DNA of 64,000 nucleotides from an uncultured Jutongia sp. (GTDB lineage Bacteria > Bacillota > Clostridia > Lachnospirales > Lachnospiraceae): the NCBI GenBank assembly GCA_964521555.1, contig CAZFSU010000011.1, positions 18,219-82,218 on the forward strand. The letters are read 5' to 3'. How positions within the stretch are numbered: position 1 is the first letter of the stretch; the number at the start of each line of letters is the position of its first letter. The notes beneath the pieces are model-generated. The model saw only the letters and a program-made list of their open reading frames with translations. It did no database searches and was not told the DNA's origin. Below are positions 47,868 to 55,431 of the stretch, piece by piece. The translations under genes and the position numbers were made by a program.

Positions 47868-48776
47868 TTATTTTGAGGGTGATGTGGCCAGTTGGATATC
47901 ACTATAATTTTGGACGGTGGAGCGTACTGCTTCCAGAAAATCGTCCAACAGAGCTGGTTTTGCCAATGGTTCTTTATATAAAATATAGCAGGTTCGTGGG
48001 TCAGGTCCATTGGCTAATTGGCAAATGCGTGCCTGGCCATTTTGGTGCAATACAGTGGCATAGCTGGAGGGAACGACAGCCCAGGCATCGGGTAATTGGA
48101 GGAAGGATTGAAACAGGGACATATTATCCAGTGAAAGGCGGTTTACCTGTGTGGTGCCAAACCAGTATTCATGCCAGAGTAGAAAGGGGTTTGACCAGGG
48201 AATATAGATTTCATGTTCCAGAGCCAGTTCTTGTGGCGACACGACCGTTTCGTAATGGGAGTGGGGACTGCATACGAATTGCATGGTTTCATGGAACAGT
48301 GGCAGCGTTTGCACTTTTCGGAAGAAATGTGGATTGGTGATCAGCGCAAGGTCAATTTCATGATCCTCAATGGCTTGATAGGCGGCATTGGATCGCAGTG
48401 TCGAAAGACTGAGTCTGCATCCGGGATGTGACATTAGAAATGCAGGATAAATCTGTGACATGAAGGTGATATTGAGACTATCTACATTGGCAATCCGAAG
48501 GGGGATTCTGGCGTCATACTTTGCGTCAATATGACTGGCTTCCTCATAGATTTCCTGAAAACGTCTGGCCAGAGGCAAAAACTGTTTTCCGGCTTCCGTC
48601 AATTCAATATTGCGAATCCCTTTACGACGTTTAATAAGCTGGTGTCCCAATTCCTGCTCTAAACTGTGTAGACGGTGGCTTAATGCAGGCTGCGTAATAT
48701 ATAGTTCTGTTGCAGCCTGGGAAAGGCTGTCGCTGCCGGCGATGGTCAAAAAAGTATGGATATCGTTTTGATTCAT
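47868..48776 (-). CDS. LysR family transcriptional regulator
   Basis: N-terminal wHTH 'FLTIAGSDSLSQAATELYITQPALSHRLHSLE' plus a LysR substrate-binding domain. Confidence 0.9.
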   Translation of the reverse strand: MNQNDIHTFLTIAGSDSLSQAATELYITQPALSHRLHSLEQELGHQLIKRRKGIRNIELTEAGKQFLPLARRFQEIYEEASHIDAKYDARIPLRIANVDSLNITFMSQIYPAFLMSHPGCRLSLSTLRSNAAYQAIEDHEIDLALITNPHFFRKVQTLPLFHETMQFVCSPHSHYETVVSPQELALEHEIYIPWSNPFLLWHEYWFGTTQVNRLSLDNMSLFQSFLQLPDAWAVVPSSYATVLHQNGQARICQLANGPDPRTCYILYKEPLAKPALLDDFLEAVRSTVQNYSDIQLATSPSK

Positions 48777-48792
48777 GTTCCTCTCTCCGTTG

Positions 48793-48819
48793 TATAATAT
48801 AAAAGTTCTTTATATTATA
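48793..48819. promoter_or_regulatory. Candidate LysR-type binding site
   Basis: 11-bp perfect inverted repeat TATAATATAAA-agttc-TTTATATTATA, just upstream of the -35 of the divergent promoter. Confidence 0.5.
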
Positions 48820-48836
48820 TACCTGAAATATTAATT

Positions 48837-48865
48837 TTACAAGTAAATGAGGCGTGCGCTATAAT
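48837..48865 (+). promoter_or_regulatory. Sigma-A-type promoter of the YoaK-family gene
   Basis: TTACAA (48837-48842), 17-nt spacer, TATAAT (48860-48865). Confidence 0.55.
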
Positions 48866-48898
48866 GACAGAGAAAACAGTGACTACTGGAGGCGGATT

Positions 48899-49618
48899 AT
48901 GAGTAAGGAACGAACGGAATATTTAGTACATTATGCAATGTCCATGACGGGTGGTTTTTTAGGTGCTTATGCTCTGATCAATCATCATGAACTGTTTGGT
49001 AACGCACAAACATCTAATTTAATTCATCTTGCCATATGTCTGGTGGGAACTGATTTCACGGAATTTATGTACCGATTATTGGATTTGATGTTATACTTCT
49101 CTGGTTTTGCCTGTACCGTTTATTTCGCCAGAAATACAAAAATAGATTTGCATTATTGCAGCCTGTTCTTCAATCTGATGACCGTATTGATTTTGTTTTG
49201 GATGCCGCGCGGTATCAGTGATTATGTGTTTTTAGCGCCGGTATTTTTCTCTATGGCATTTCAATGGAACAGCTTCAAAGGAGTGGGGGAATATGCCAGT
49301 TCCAGTATATTCTCCACGAATAATTTCCGGCAGTTTTCCACTTCTTTATGCGAATACCTTTGCGATAAAGACAAAACTCATTTACAGAAGACCTGTTTTT
49401 ATGGCAATACGCTGTTAAATTATCATGTGGGGGTTGTCGTGGCCTGTCTGGCAAGTAAATGGTTCGGTCTGAATGGGGTTTTAGCAGGGCTGGTAATTAT
49501 CCTTTATTGCTGGGTTGTGGTATGTATCGATCATGGATGGAGAATGGAGAAAAATGTCAAAAAAGTTATTGACAAATATACTTTCAGTTGCTATAATCGA
49601 AAAAGCGTTGTAAAATGA
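48899..49618 (+). CDS. YoaK family (DUF1275) membrane protein
   Basis: 'MTGGFLGAYALINHHELFGNAQTSN' pattern and multiple TM helices. Start at ATG 48899 behind GGAGG. Confidence 0.7.
   Translation: MSKERTEYLVHYAMSMTGGFLGAYALINHHELFGNAQTSNLIHLAICLVGTDFTEFMYRLLDLMLYFSGFACTVYFARNTKIDLHYCSLFFNLMTVLILFWMPRGISDYVFLAPVFFSMAFQWNSFKGVGEYASSSIFSTNNFRQFSTSLCEYLCDKDKTHLQKTCFYGNTLLNYHVGVVVACLASKWFGLNGVLAGLVIILYCWVVVCIDHGWRMEKNVKKVIDKYTFSCYNRKSVVK
49569..49597 (+). promoter_or_regulatory. Perfect consensus sigma-A promoter of rpmF, embedded in the 3' end of the upstream CDS
   Basis: TTGACA (49569-49574), 17-nt spacer, TATAAT (49592-49597). Confidence 0.7.
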
Positions 49619-49642
49619 GTAAGAGATCAGGAGGTGGAATAG

Positions 49643-49825
49643 ATGTCTATTTGTCCTAAGAATAAATCTTCTAAGTCTAGAAGAGATAAGAGAAGAGCGA
49701 ACTGGAAAATGTCAGCACCAAACTTGGTAAAGTGCAGCAAGTGTGGCGCATTGATGATGTCTCATAGAGTTTGCAAGTCTTGCGGTTCTTATAATAAGAA
49801 AGAGATTCTTGCAGATGCTGAGTAG
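49643..49825 (+). CDS. rpmF: 50S ribosomal protein L32 (zinc-ribbon form)
   Basis: 60 aa. 'KSRRDKRRANWK', then 'CSKCG' and 'CKSCG' as CxxC-x10-CxxC. AGGAGG RBS. Confidence 0.95.
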   Translation: MSICPKNKSSKSRRDKRRANWKMSAPNLVKCSKCGALMMSHRVCKSCGSYNKKEILADAE

Positions 49826-49847
49826 CGGAAATGAAAAATGACAAAAT

Positions 49848-49890
49848 ATAGAGATGATAAAAGATCAAACTTTTATCATCTCTATTTTAT
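49848..49890 (+). terminator. Intrinsic terminator of rpmF
   Basis: 16-bp perfect stem ATAGAGATGATAAAAG / CTTTTATCATCTCTAT with a 6-nt loop, followed by TTTAT. Confidence 0.85.
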
Positions 49891-49947
49891 TGTGCGTAAG
49901 TATTGGGCGGATAATCCTGGAGTTTGCCCGAAAGATTTCCGTACGGT

Positions 49948-49976
49948 TGTAACGAAATTCTTTTTTTTGCCACTAA
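49948..49976 (+). promoter_or_regulatory. ECF-type -35-like element upstream of the ABC-remnant/sigma operon
   Basis: TGTAACGAAA is identical to the 10-mer at 28865. The spacer holds a T8 tract, and the -10 region (CACTAA) is poor. Confidence 0.3.
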
Positions 49977-50026
49977 TCATTATAGGAGAGAAAAACATAG
50001 TATCAGGACAGAATAGGAGAAGCGGG

Positions 50027-50350
50027 ATGATTGAGCTCAGGGAAGTTGTGAAAACTTATAATCCGGGCAAAAGCAATGCCTTTGAAGCTTTGCATGGTGT
50101 GTCTATGCGGATTAAAGAGGGAGAAATGCTGGCAATTATGGGGACCAGTGGTGCAGGGAAGTCCACGTTGCTACATATTCTTGCGTGCATTGACCGATAT
50201 GATTCGGGTGAATATCTTTTAGATGGGGAGTTGATGGGGAAGATGCCGGAACGGAAAATGGTGCACAATCGTGATTGTAACACATGACCCGATAGTCGCA
50301 GAGAAATGTGACAGGCTTGTGGAAATCAGAGACGGTAACATTGTTCGCTA
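50027..50350 (+). pseudogene. ABC transporter ATP-binding protein remnant with an internal out-of-frame deletion
   Basis: The N-terminal 80 aa carry Walker A 'GTSGAGKST'. At about 50265-50270 the reading frame jumps to the C-terminal 'IVIVTHDPIVAEKCDRLVEIRDGNIVR'. Q-loop, signature motif and Walker B are absent. Confidence 0.8.
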
Positions 50351-50384
50351 GTGCAAAATGCAGAAAGGAGGGGCGTGTATAGAT

Positions 50385-50885
50385 ATGAAATGCATGGAAG
50401 AAATATATTCCCAATATGCAAAAATGATCTATGGCTTTCTCCTGATTAGAACCGGAAAGGAAGATCTGGCCGAGGAATTGACACAGGAAACCTTTTATCA
50501 GGCATTAAAAAATTTATCCAGTTTTGATGGAAAAAGCGCTTTGAGTACCTGGCTCTGTGGAATCGCTAAAAATGTCTGGTATACGTATTTGAAAAAGCAG
50601 AAAAAGTGTTCACATATTCCCCTGGAAGATATTCGGGGACTAAGCGAACCACTGAGCATTCCGCTGGAGCAGGAAGTGATGAATCGATTAGAAAGTGAGA
50701 GGGTTAAACAAGCGATGGACAGGATGAAAGAGCCGGCACGGACGGTATTGTACCTTAGATTGATTGAGGATTTAAGTTTTCGGCAAATCGGTGAAATTAT
50801 GGAAAAAAAGGAAACATGGGCCAGAGTTACTTTTTATAGAGGAAAAGAACGCTTGTTAAAGGAGGTGACAGCAGATGAATCATAA
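50385..50885 (+). CDS. ECF-type RNA polymerase sigma factor (paralog 2)
   Basis: 'EELTQETFYQA', 'WLCGIAKNVWYTYLKK' and region 4 'SFRQIGEIMEKKETWARVTFYRGK'. Confidence 0.85.
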   Translation: MKCMEEIYSQYAKMIYGFLLIRTGKEDLAEELTQETFYQALKNLSSFDGKSALSTWLCGIAKNVWYTYLKKQKKCSHIPLEDIRGLSEPLSIPLEQEVMNRLESERVKQAMDRMKEPARTVLYLRLIEDLSFRQIGEIMEKKETWARVTFYRGKERLLKEVTADES

Positions 50886-51927
50886 AATCCCCTGCGATAT
50901 GATCCAGGATCTTTTGCCCCTGCATATGGACGGACTGACGCATGATAGCACGGCTGCTTTGATAGAAGAGCATTTGATGGAGTGTAAAGAATGCCGGGAA
51001 ATGTACGATAGAATGGGAGGTGTGGTTACTGTCAGCGATGAGCAGCAGATGGAGGATCAAAAAGAGTTAGATTATCTGAGAAAAATCAAAAAATACAATC
51101 GACGTAAGATTTTTCTTTCCGTTCTGCTGGTACTGGTGACTTTATTCCTGGGGGGAATGATCAAAATTCTATTTTGGGGAACGGTAACCGAACAATACAC
51201 GACCACTTCTTTTGAAACGCAGCAGGGGAACGTAATAGTCTGTGGTACGTTAAATACGAATCGGTCCTATTGTCGTTACCGGGTGTCGAAAACGGGAGAA
51301 GTAACGATTTATTCTGTTCCTAAAACCCCTTGGAACTGTCAGAAGGAGTTTTCCATTATCCTGAAGCCGGACACTGTATCGGATGAATTTCGGTTTGTGG
51401 ATAACACCGTGTATGGGGATGGAACATATTATTCCACACAAATGATTCAACTATGGCAGGCACAGAATCCATATGTAGGAGATGCCTCTGCGGATGAGAA
51501 GCTGGCACAGGCCGCCGGAATCCGGGATAAATATGGGCAATACACGATTGAGTTGGTGACGGATCAGGAACCGTATGAATGGATCTTTCATTTTGATAAT
51601 AATATTTCGGATCTGATGCTGACCGATGCAACGGCCCCCATGAATTATGCATGTATTTTGTTTGCTTTGACGGGCAATGTAGATGTCATCACGTTTGATT
51701 TTCCGGATGTGGAAGATATGGATCTGTATCGGTGGGAGAGAAAACATTGTAATGTATATATTAGTACGCAAATTGAGGAGTTGAAAATGAACAAAAATGC
51801 ATATTTCGATTGGAGTGCCTATCAGTATTCACAGCTACATGCAAAGGACGTGTCAGTTTATGGCAGAAGCATAGCATCACTGAATGAACTTCTAAATGTA
51901 TTAGATATGTGGGCTTTGTATCAATAA
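50875..51927 (+). CDS. Anti-sigma factor (zf-HC2, DUF4825-like extracytoplasmic domain)
   Basis: 'HLMECKEC' zinc-finger region, one TM helix, and 'NPYVGDASADEKLAQAAGI' typical of DUF4825. It overlaps the sigma gene by 11 nt. Confidence 0.8.
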   Translation: MNHKIPCDMIQDLLPLHMDGLTHDSTAALIEEHLMECKECREMYDRMGGVVTVSDEQQMEDQKELDYLRKIKKYNRRKIFLSVLLVLVTLFLGGMIKILFWGTVTEQYTTTSFETQQGNVIVCGTLNTNRSYCRYRVSKTGEVTIYSVPKTPWNCQKEFSIILKPDTVSDEFRFVDNTVYGDGTYYSTQMIQLWQAQNPYVGDASADEKLAQAAGIRDKYGQYTIELVTDQEPYEWIFHFDNNISDLMLTDATAPMNYACILFALTGNVDVITFDFPDVEDMDLYRWERKHCNVYISTQIEELKMNKNAYFDWSAYQYSQLHAKDVSVYGRSIASLNELLNVLDMWALYQ

Positions 51928-51939
51928 GGGGAGAGTGGT

Positions 51940-53211
51940 GTGAAATATATTGGAAAGAATATTTATTCCTTTCTGAAGAAGGATCGTTTTTTATTTACAC
52001 TGGTGGTACTGTCCATCGCTGTGTCTGTTCTGATGATTCATTTTTCTTACGGATTATTTCAGAATTATCAGTTGGAAAAGAGATATCATTTATCCGGTGT
52101 CAAAGAATTTCATGTGACGGTGCAAGGGGACTTTGCCAAAGAGGAAATTACGCAATACCAGGGACGTCATTTACCGGAGATCCAAACAGTTTACCGTCAG
52201 ACTGGAGAGGCGGGAGAGTATGTCACAACCGGAATGTTAAGAGATTTTGCAAAACGTATGGGGAATGGGCTGAAAGATTCCCTGGATTATCTCAAGGTAT
52301 ATCCGGTGGTGGAGAAATGGGATCTGGAGTGTGGTTTTTCTGTGGAAGATGGATGCATCGTGTCGAGTCCTTCCTATGACCGGCTTTTTAATCAGAGCAT
52401 AGATTACTTTCTAAGCCGGGGAAGAAATTTTACGAAAGCAGAATATGAATCAGGAGAGAAAGTAGCTCTCTGCTGGGATTTGTACCGTGTTAATTATTAT
52501 TATGATGAAAATGATGTGCTGCATCTGAATTCGCCCATTACAGAATCCATGATGACAGAGAACAACACATTACAGTTGGGGGATGAACATTATCGGATCA
52601 TTGGCTTTGGGCAGGCGGGAGGAAAAATGGAGCGGCCCATCATACCGGTTACTTCCCTGCCGGAGAATACTCCCCTGATGGGGACGATAGATTTTCATTT
52701 TCATAAGTCCGTCACATTGCAGCAATATCATTTTTTGGAAAAAATCGTAGAGGAAACATTTGGGGATTTGGCAACGTTGCAGCCATTGTCCCTGCCACCG
52801 GAAGAATCGATATATCTATATAATACTATGATCGGTATCGCGGGAATGATATCTGTGATTTCGGCATTAAATTTCGCTATTTTGTATCGCTATATTCTCA
52901 CGAAGCGGAAAAAGGATTTCAAAGTATTTCGCATCTGTGGACTGAGTTTTTGGAGAACGGTCAGTATGTATTTGGCAGAATGTATTTTGATTACCCTGCC
53001 TGTTTATATGATTGGAATTGTACTCTTTGCCCTGATAATATTACCTAATATTGCAGTTCACTATGAATATATGGATTCTGGTTTTTCGCCCGTGGTATAT
53101 CTCAGTATCTTTGTTTTGTACACTGTAGTCTCCGTCAGTATTTTGTTATTGATGGTGGTCATGCAGTTAAGGATCAATGAAGAAGAAAACATCGGGGGTG
53201 GTTATCAATGA
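51940..53211 (+). CDS. FtsX/MacB-type ABC permease (paralog A)
   Basis: GTG start behind AAGGGGAG. TM1, an extracytoplasmic domain of about 270 aa, and three C-terminal TM helices with 'RKKDFKVFRICGLS'. Confidence 0.8.
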   Translation: MKYIGKNIYSFLKKDRFLFTLVVLSIAVSVLMIHFSYGLFQNYQLEKRYHLSGVKEFHVTVQGDFAKEEITQYQGRHLPEIQTVYRQTGEAGEYVTTGMLRDFAKRMGNGLKDSLDYLKVYPVVEKWDLECGFSVEDGCIVSSPSYDRLFNQSIDYFLSRGRNFTKAEYESGEKVALCWDLYRVNYYYDENDVLHLNSPITESMMTENNTLQLGDEHYRIIGFGQAGGKMERPIIPVTSLPENTPLMGTIDFHFHKSVTLQQYHFLEKIVEETFGDLATLQPLSLPPEESIYLYNTMIGIAGMISVISALNFAILYRYILTKRKKDFKVFRICGLSFWRTVSMYLAECILITLPVYMIGIVLFALIILPNIAVHYEYMDSGFSPVVYLSIFVLYTVVSVSILLLMVVMQLRINEEENIGGGYQ

Positions 53212-54482
53212 AATTCCGATATATCATGCATGAAACCAAAAAGAATCGTCTTATGACTTTGTTTATTTTATTGCAGATGGGGATTCTGTTTTGGACCGTT
53301 ATTTTTATCGTTTCAGTGATACAATCCCGCTATACTTATTATGTGCCATTCAAACAATGGCTTCACGGTTCCGGTGTTGCCATAACCGGGTTGTGGGCAA
53401 TGGATGGAAGAGACGGAGATGGCAGAGCACCGATGAGTACCTCGCAGGATTTGGAACAACAGCTCCGGCAGGCGCAGGTAGATGCTTTATATAATGTACA
53501 GATTTACATCGATGGTATTGTGACCTGGAATGGGGACAGTGAGATTTTTAATGCAACGAAAACCATTGGATATGATGATACTTTATTGGAATGTTATTCT
53601 CCCGCCATGAGCAGCGGAAGATGGCTGAAGGCAGAAGACAAAAATACCAGGGTGATTGAGGTGGTGCTTGCATGCAAAAACCAAACCACAGATTACCAAG
53701 TAGGGGAGGAGCGGAGACTATATACATGGGATGGAGACGGTCATCTTCAGGAAACGGATTGTTATGCCAGAGTGGTTGGCATTATGGAAGAGGGCGCCAA
53801 ATATATCGGAGTGGGGCAGGAACTTTCGGAAGCGAATAAAGCCTATTTTGAGGATTTCTATACCACGTATCATAGGAGTGAGACTGAAGATACGATGGCC
53901 TTTGTCAGTAGAGAGGATATCCAAAAGGAGAAGTTGTGGGACTTTACACTTAATGACGTTTGCTTCATCTCTTATGATAAAAATATCTCAAAAAGAAATA
54001 TTGCCTGGAATGAACAATTTCTGAATAGAAATGGAACTGCCCTATTGCGCCAGGATATGGAGATCGTAGAAAAAAACAGTAAGTCATACATCTATCGCCA
54101 GATGGATATTTTTATTCCGGTGCTTGTGGGGCTTTTGATCCTTACCATCATGTCCCTGATCAGCAATACCGCCATCGGATTGAAACAAAATATGAGGGAA
54201 TATGCAATCTATTATATGCATGGACTGACATGGAATCAGTGCATATGGTTATATCGCAAAAACATGTTGTTAGGGGAGGGGATCACTTTGCTGGGGGTTT
54301 TGGTTATAATGCAGGTCCTGATGCGAAAAGGAATGCTTTCCCATGTGGTTTTGTCGCTGGGAGTGGTTCAGGTCGGGGCCTGTTTGGGAATAATTGCTCT
54401 TTTTTCACTGGTGAGTTTTGTGATTGATAAAATACTGACCAGAGGAAGCTCTGTGAAAGACATTCTTCGCGAAACAGTGTAG
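53208..54482 (+). CDS. FtsX/MacB-type ABC permease (paralog B)
   Basis: ATGA overlap with the preceding gene, the same 1+3 TM topology, and 'MREYAIYYMHGLT'. Confidence 0.8.
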   Translation: MKFRYIMHETKKNRLMTLFILLQMGILFWTVIFIVSVIQSRYTYYVPFKQWLHGSGVAITGLWAMDGRDGDGRAPMSTSQDLEQQLRQAQVDALYNVQIYIDGIVTWNGDSEIFNATKTIGYDDTLLECYSPAMSSGRWLKAEDKNTRVIEVVLACKNQTTDYQVGEERRLYTWDGDGHLQETDCYARVVGIMEEGAKYIGVGQELSEANKAYFEDFYTTYHRSETEDTMAFVSREDIQKEKLWDFTLNDVCFISYDKNISKRNIAWNEQFLNRNGTALLRQDMEIVEKNSKSYIYRQMDIFIPVLVGLLILTIMSLISNTAIGLKQNMREYAIYYMHGLTWNQCIWLYRKNMLLGEGITLLGVLVIMQVLMRKGMLSHVVLSLGVVQVGACLGIIALFSLVSFVIDKILTRGSSVKDILRETV

Positions 54483-54489
54483 TAAGAAC

Positions 54490-54518
54490 TTGACAAATAA
54501 GATTTCCTGTTATATATT
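54490..54518 (+). promoter_or_regulatory. Sigma-A-type promoter of the TetR gene
   Basis: TTGACA (54490-54495), 17-nt spacer, TATATT (54513-54518). Confidence 0.6.
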
Positions 54519-54545
54519 ATAACAGTGATATATAACAGTGTTATA
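54507..54545. promoter_or_regulatory. Candidate TetR operator with four TGTTATA/TATAACA half-sites
   Basis: CTGTTATA-tat-TATAACAG (54507-54525) and TATAACA-g-TGTTATA (54531-54545), overlapping the -10 and the transcription start region. Confidence 0.5.
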
Positions 54546-54558
54546 AGGAGGCGTGAAC

Positions 54559-55176
54559 ATGGGTGAGGCTGAACCGACTACCCTGGAATTAATTCATATG
54601 GCAGCCAAAGAAGAGTTTTTGAATAAAGGTTTTCAATCCGCTTCTTTGCGCAATATAGTAAAAACAGCAGGTGTTACCACAGGCGCGTTTTATGGCTATT
54701 ACGAAAGTAAAGAAGAACTTTTCCGGGTGTTGGTGGGTGACCAGTACGAGACATTTATGAGTACATATAAGCATGCGATGCAGGAGTTTGCCGTACTGTC
54801 ACCGGAGCAACAGGTGGAAAATCTGGGAAGCTTTTCTTATGAATATATGCATGATATGCTTTTGTACGCATATGATAATTTGACCGAATTTAAGCTGCTG
54901 CTTTGCTGTTCGGAAGGCACTTGCTTTGCCGGAATGCTGGATGAGATGGTGGAGATTGAGACGAAGGCCACACATGATTATCAGGAAATGCTGGTGCGTC
55001 TTGGTAAACCATCACCGCATATTGATCCACAATTAGAGCATATATTGATTACCGGGATGTTCAACACTTATTTTGAACTGATTATTCACGAAATGCCGAT
55101 AAAACAGGCGGAGATATATTTGTCGGAAATGTGGGATTTTTATTGTGCAGGATGGTTAAAAATCATGGGACAATGA
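54559..55176 (+). CDS. TetR/AcrR family transcriptional regulator
   Basis: 'FLNKGFQSASLRNIVKTAGVTTGAFYGYYESKEELF' TetR_N HTH. Confidence 0.9.
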   Translation: MGEAEPTTLELIHMAAKEEFLNKGFQSASLRNIVKTAGVTTGAFYGYYESKEELFRVLVGDQYETFMSTYKHAMQEFAVLSPEQQVENLGSFSYEYMHDMLLYAYDNLTEFKLLLCCSEGTCFAGMLDEMVEIETKATHDYQEMLVRLGKPSPHIDPQLEHILITGMFNTYFELIIHEMPIKQAEIYLSEMWDFYCAGWLKIMGQ

Positions 55177-55240
55177 GCCTTGTGGCGTCTGTGTCTGTAC
55201 CAGACGGCATAAGGCGAAAACGATATTGGGACGATGGACA

Positions 55241-55263
55241 GGACCATAGGTCCTATAATTTTT
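55241..55263 (+). terminator. Possible terminator after the TetR gene
   Basis: GGACC-ata-GGTCC followed by TATAATTTTT. A longer imperfect hairpin (55177-55215) precedes it. Confidence 0.45.
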
Positions 55264-55271
55264 AGTCTTTG

Positions 55272-55318
55272 GTTAGATATGTCTAACTAAAGTTCTTAAC
55301 TAGTAACTTAAAGTTCTT
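55272..55318. repeat. Inverted plus direct repeats in the tetR/ABC spacer
   Basis: GTTAGA-tatg-TCTAAC (55272-55287), and TAAAGTTCTT repeated at 55288 and 55309 (21-nt period). Confidence 0.55.
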
Positions 55319-55431
55319 GGTTGGTAACGGAAAGCGGCTGCAGCGCTTTCATTATCATAAAACGATTTCGGTGCAAATTACTTTTTTGACACCGGAACAT
55401 CATCAAAATTATTGGTAAGGAGGTTTTTGGT

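Noticed and set aside
49838-50026. N-terminal 63 codons of the tracked ORF 49838-50287
   Set aside because: This stretch contains the rpmF terminator hairpin (49848-49890) and the ECF-like upstream element. The ATPase-like sequence, with its own AGGAGA RBS, starts at ATG 50027.
54501-54530. Resemblance of 'TTTCCTGTTATATATTATAACAG' to a Firmicute dif (XerCD) site
   Set aside because: The arms are separated by 3 nt rather than a 6-nt core, and the outer arm sequences do not match dif. The site sits exactly on the -10 of a TetR gene promoter and is repeated 5 nt downstream, so an operator is the simpler explanation. Gene-strand bias does not switch here as it would at a terminus.
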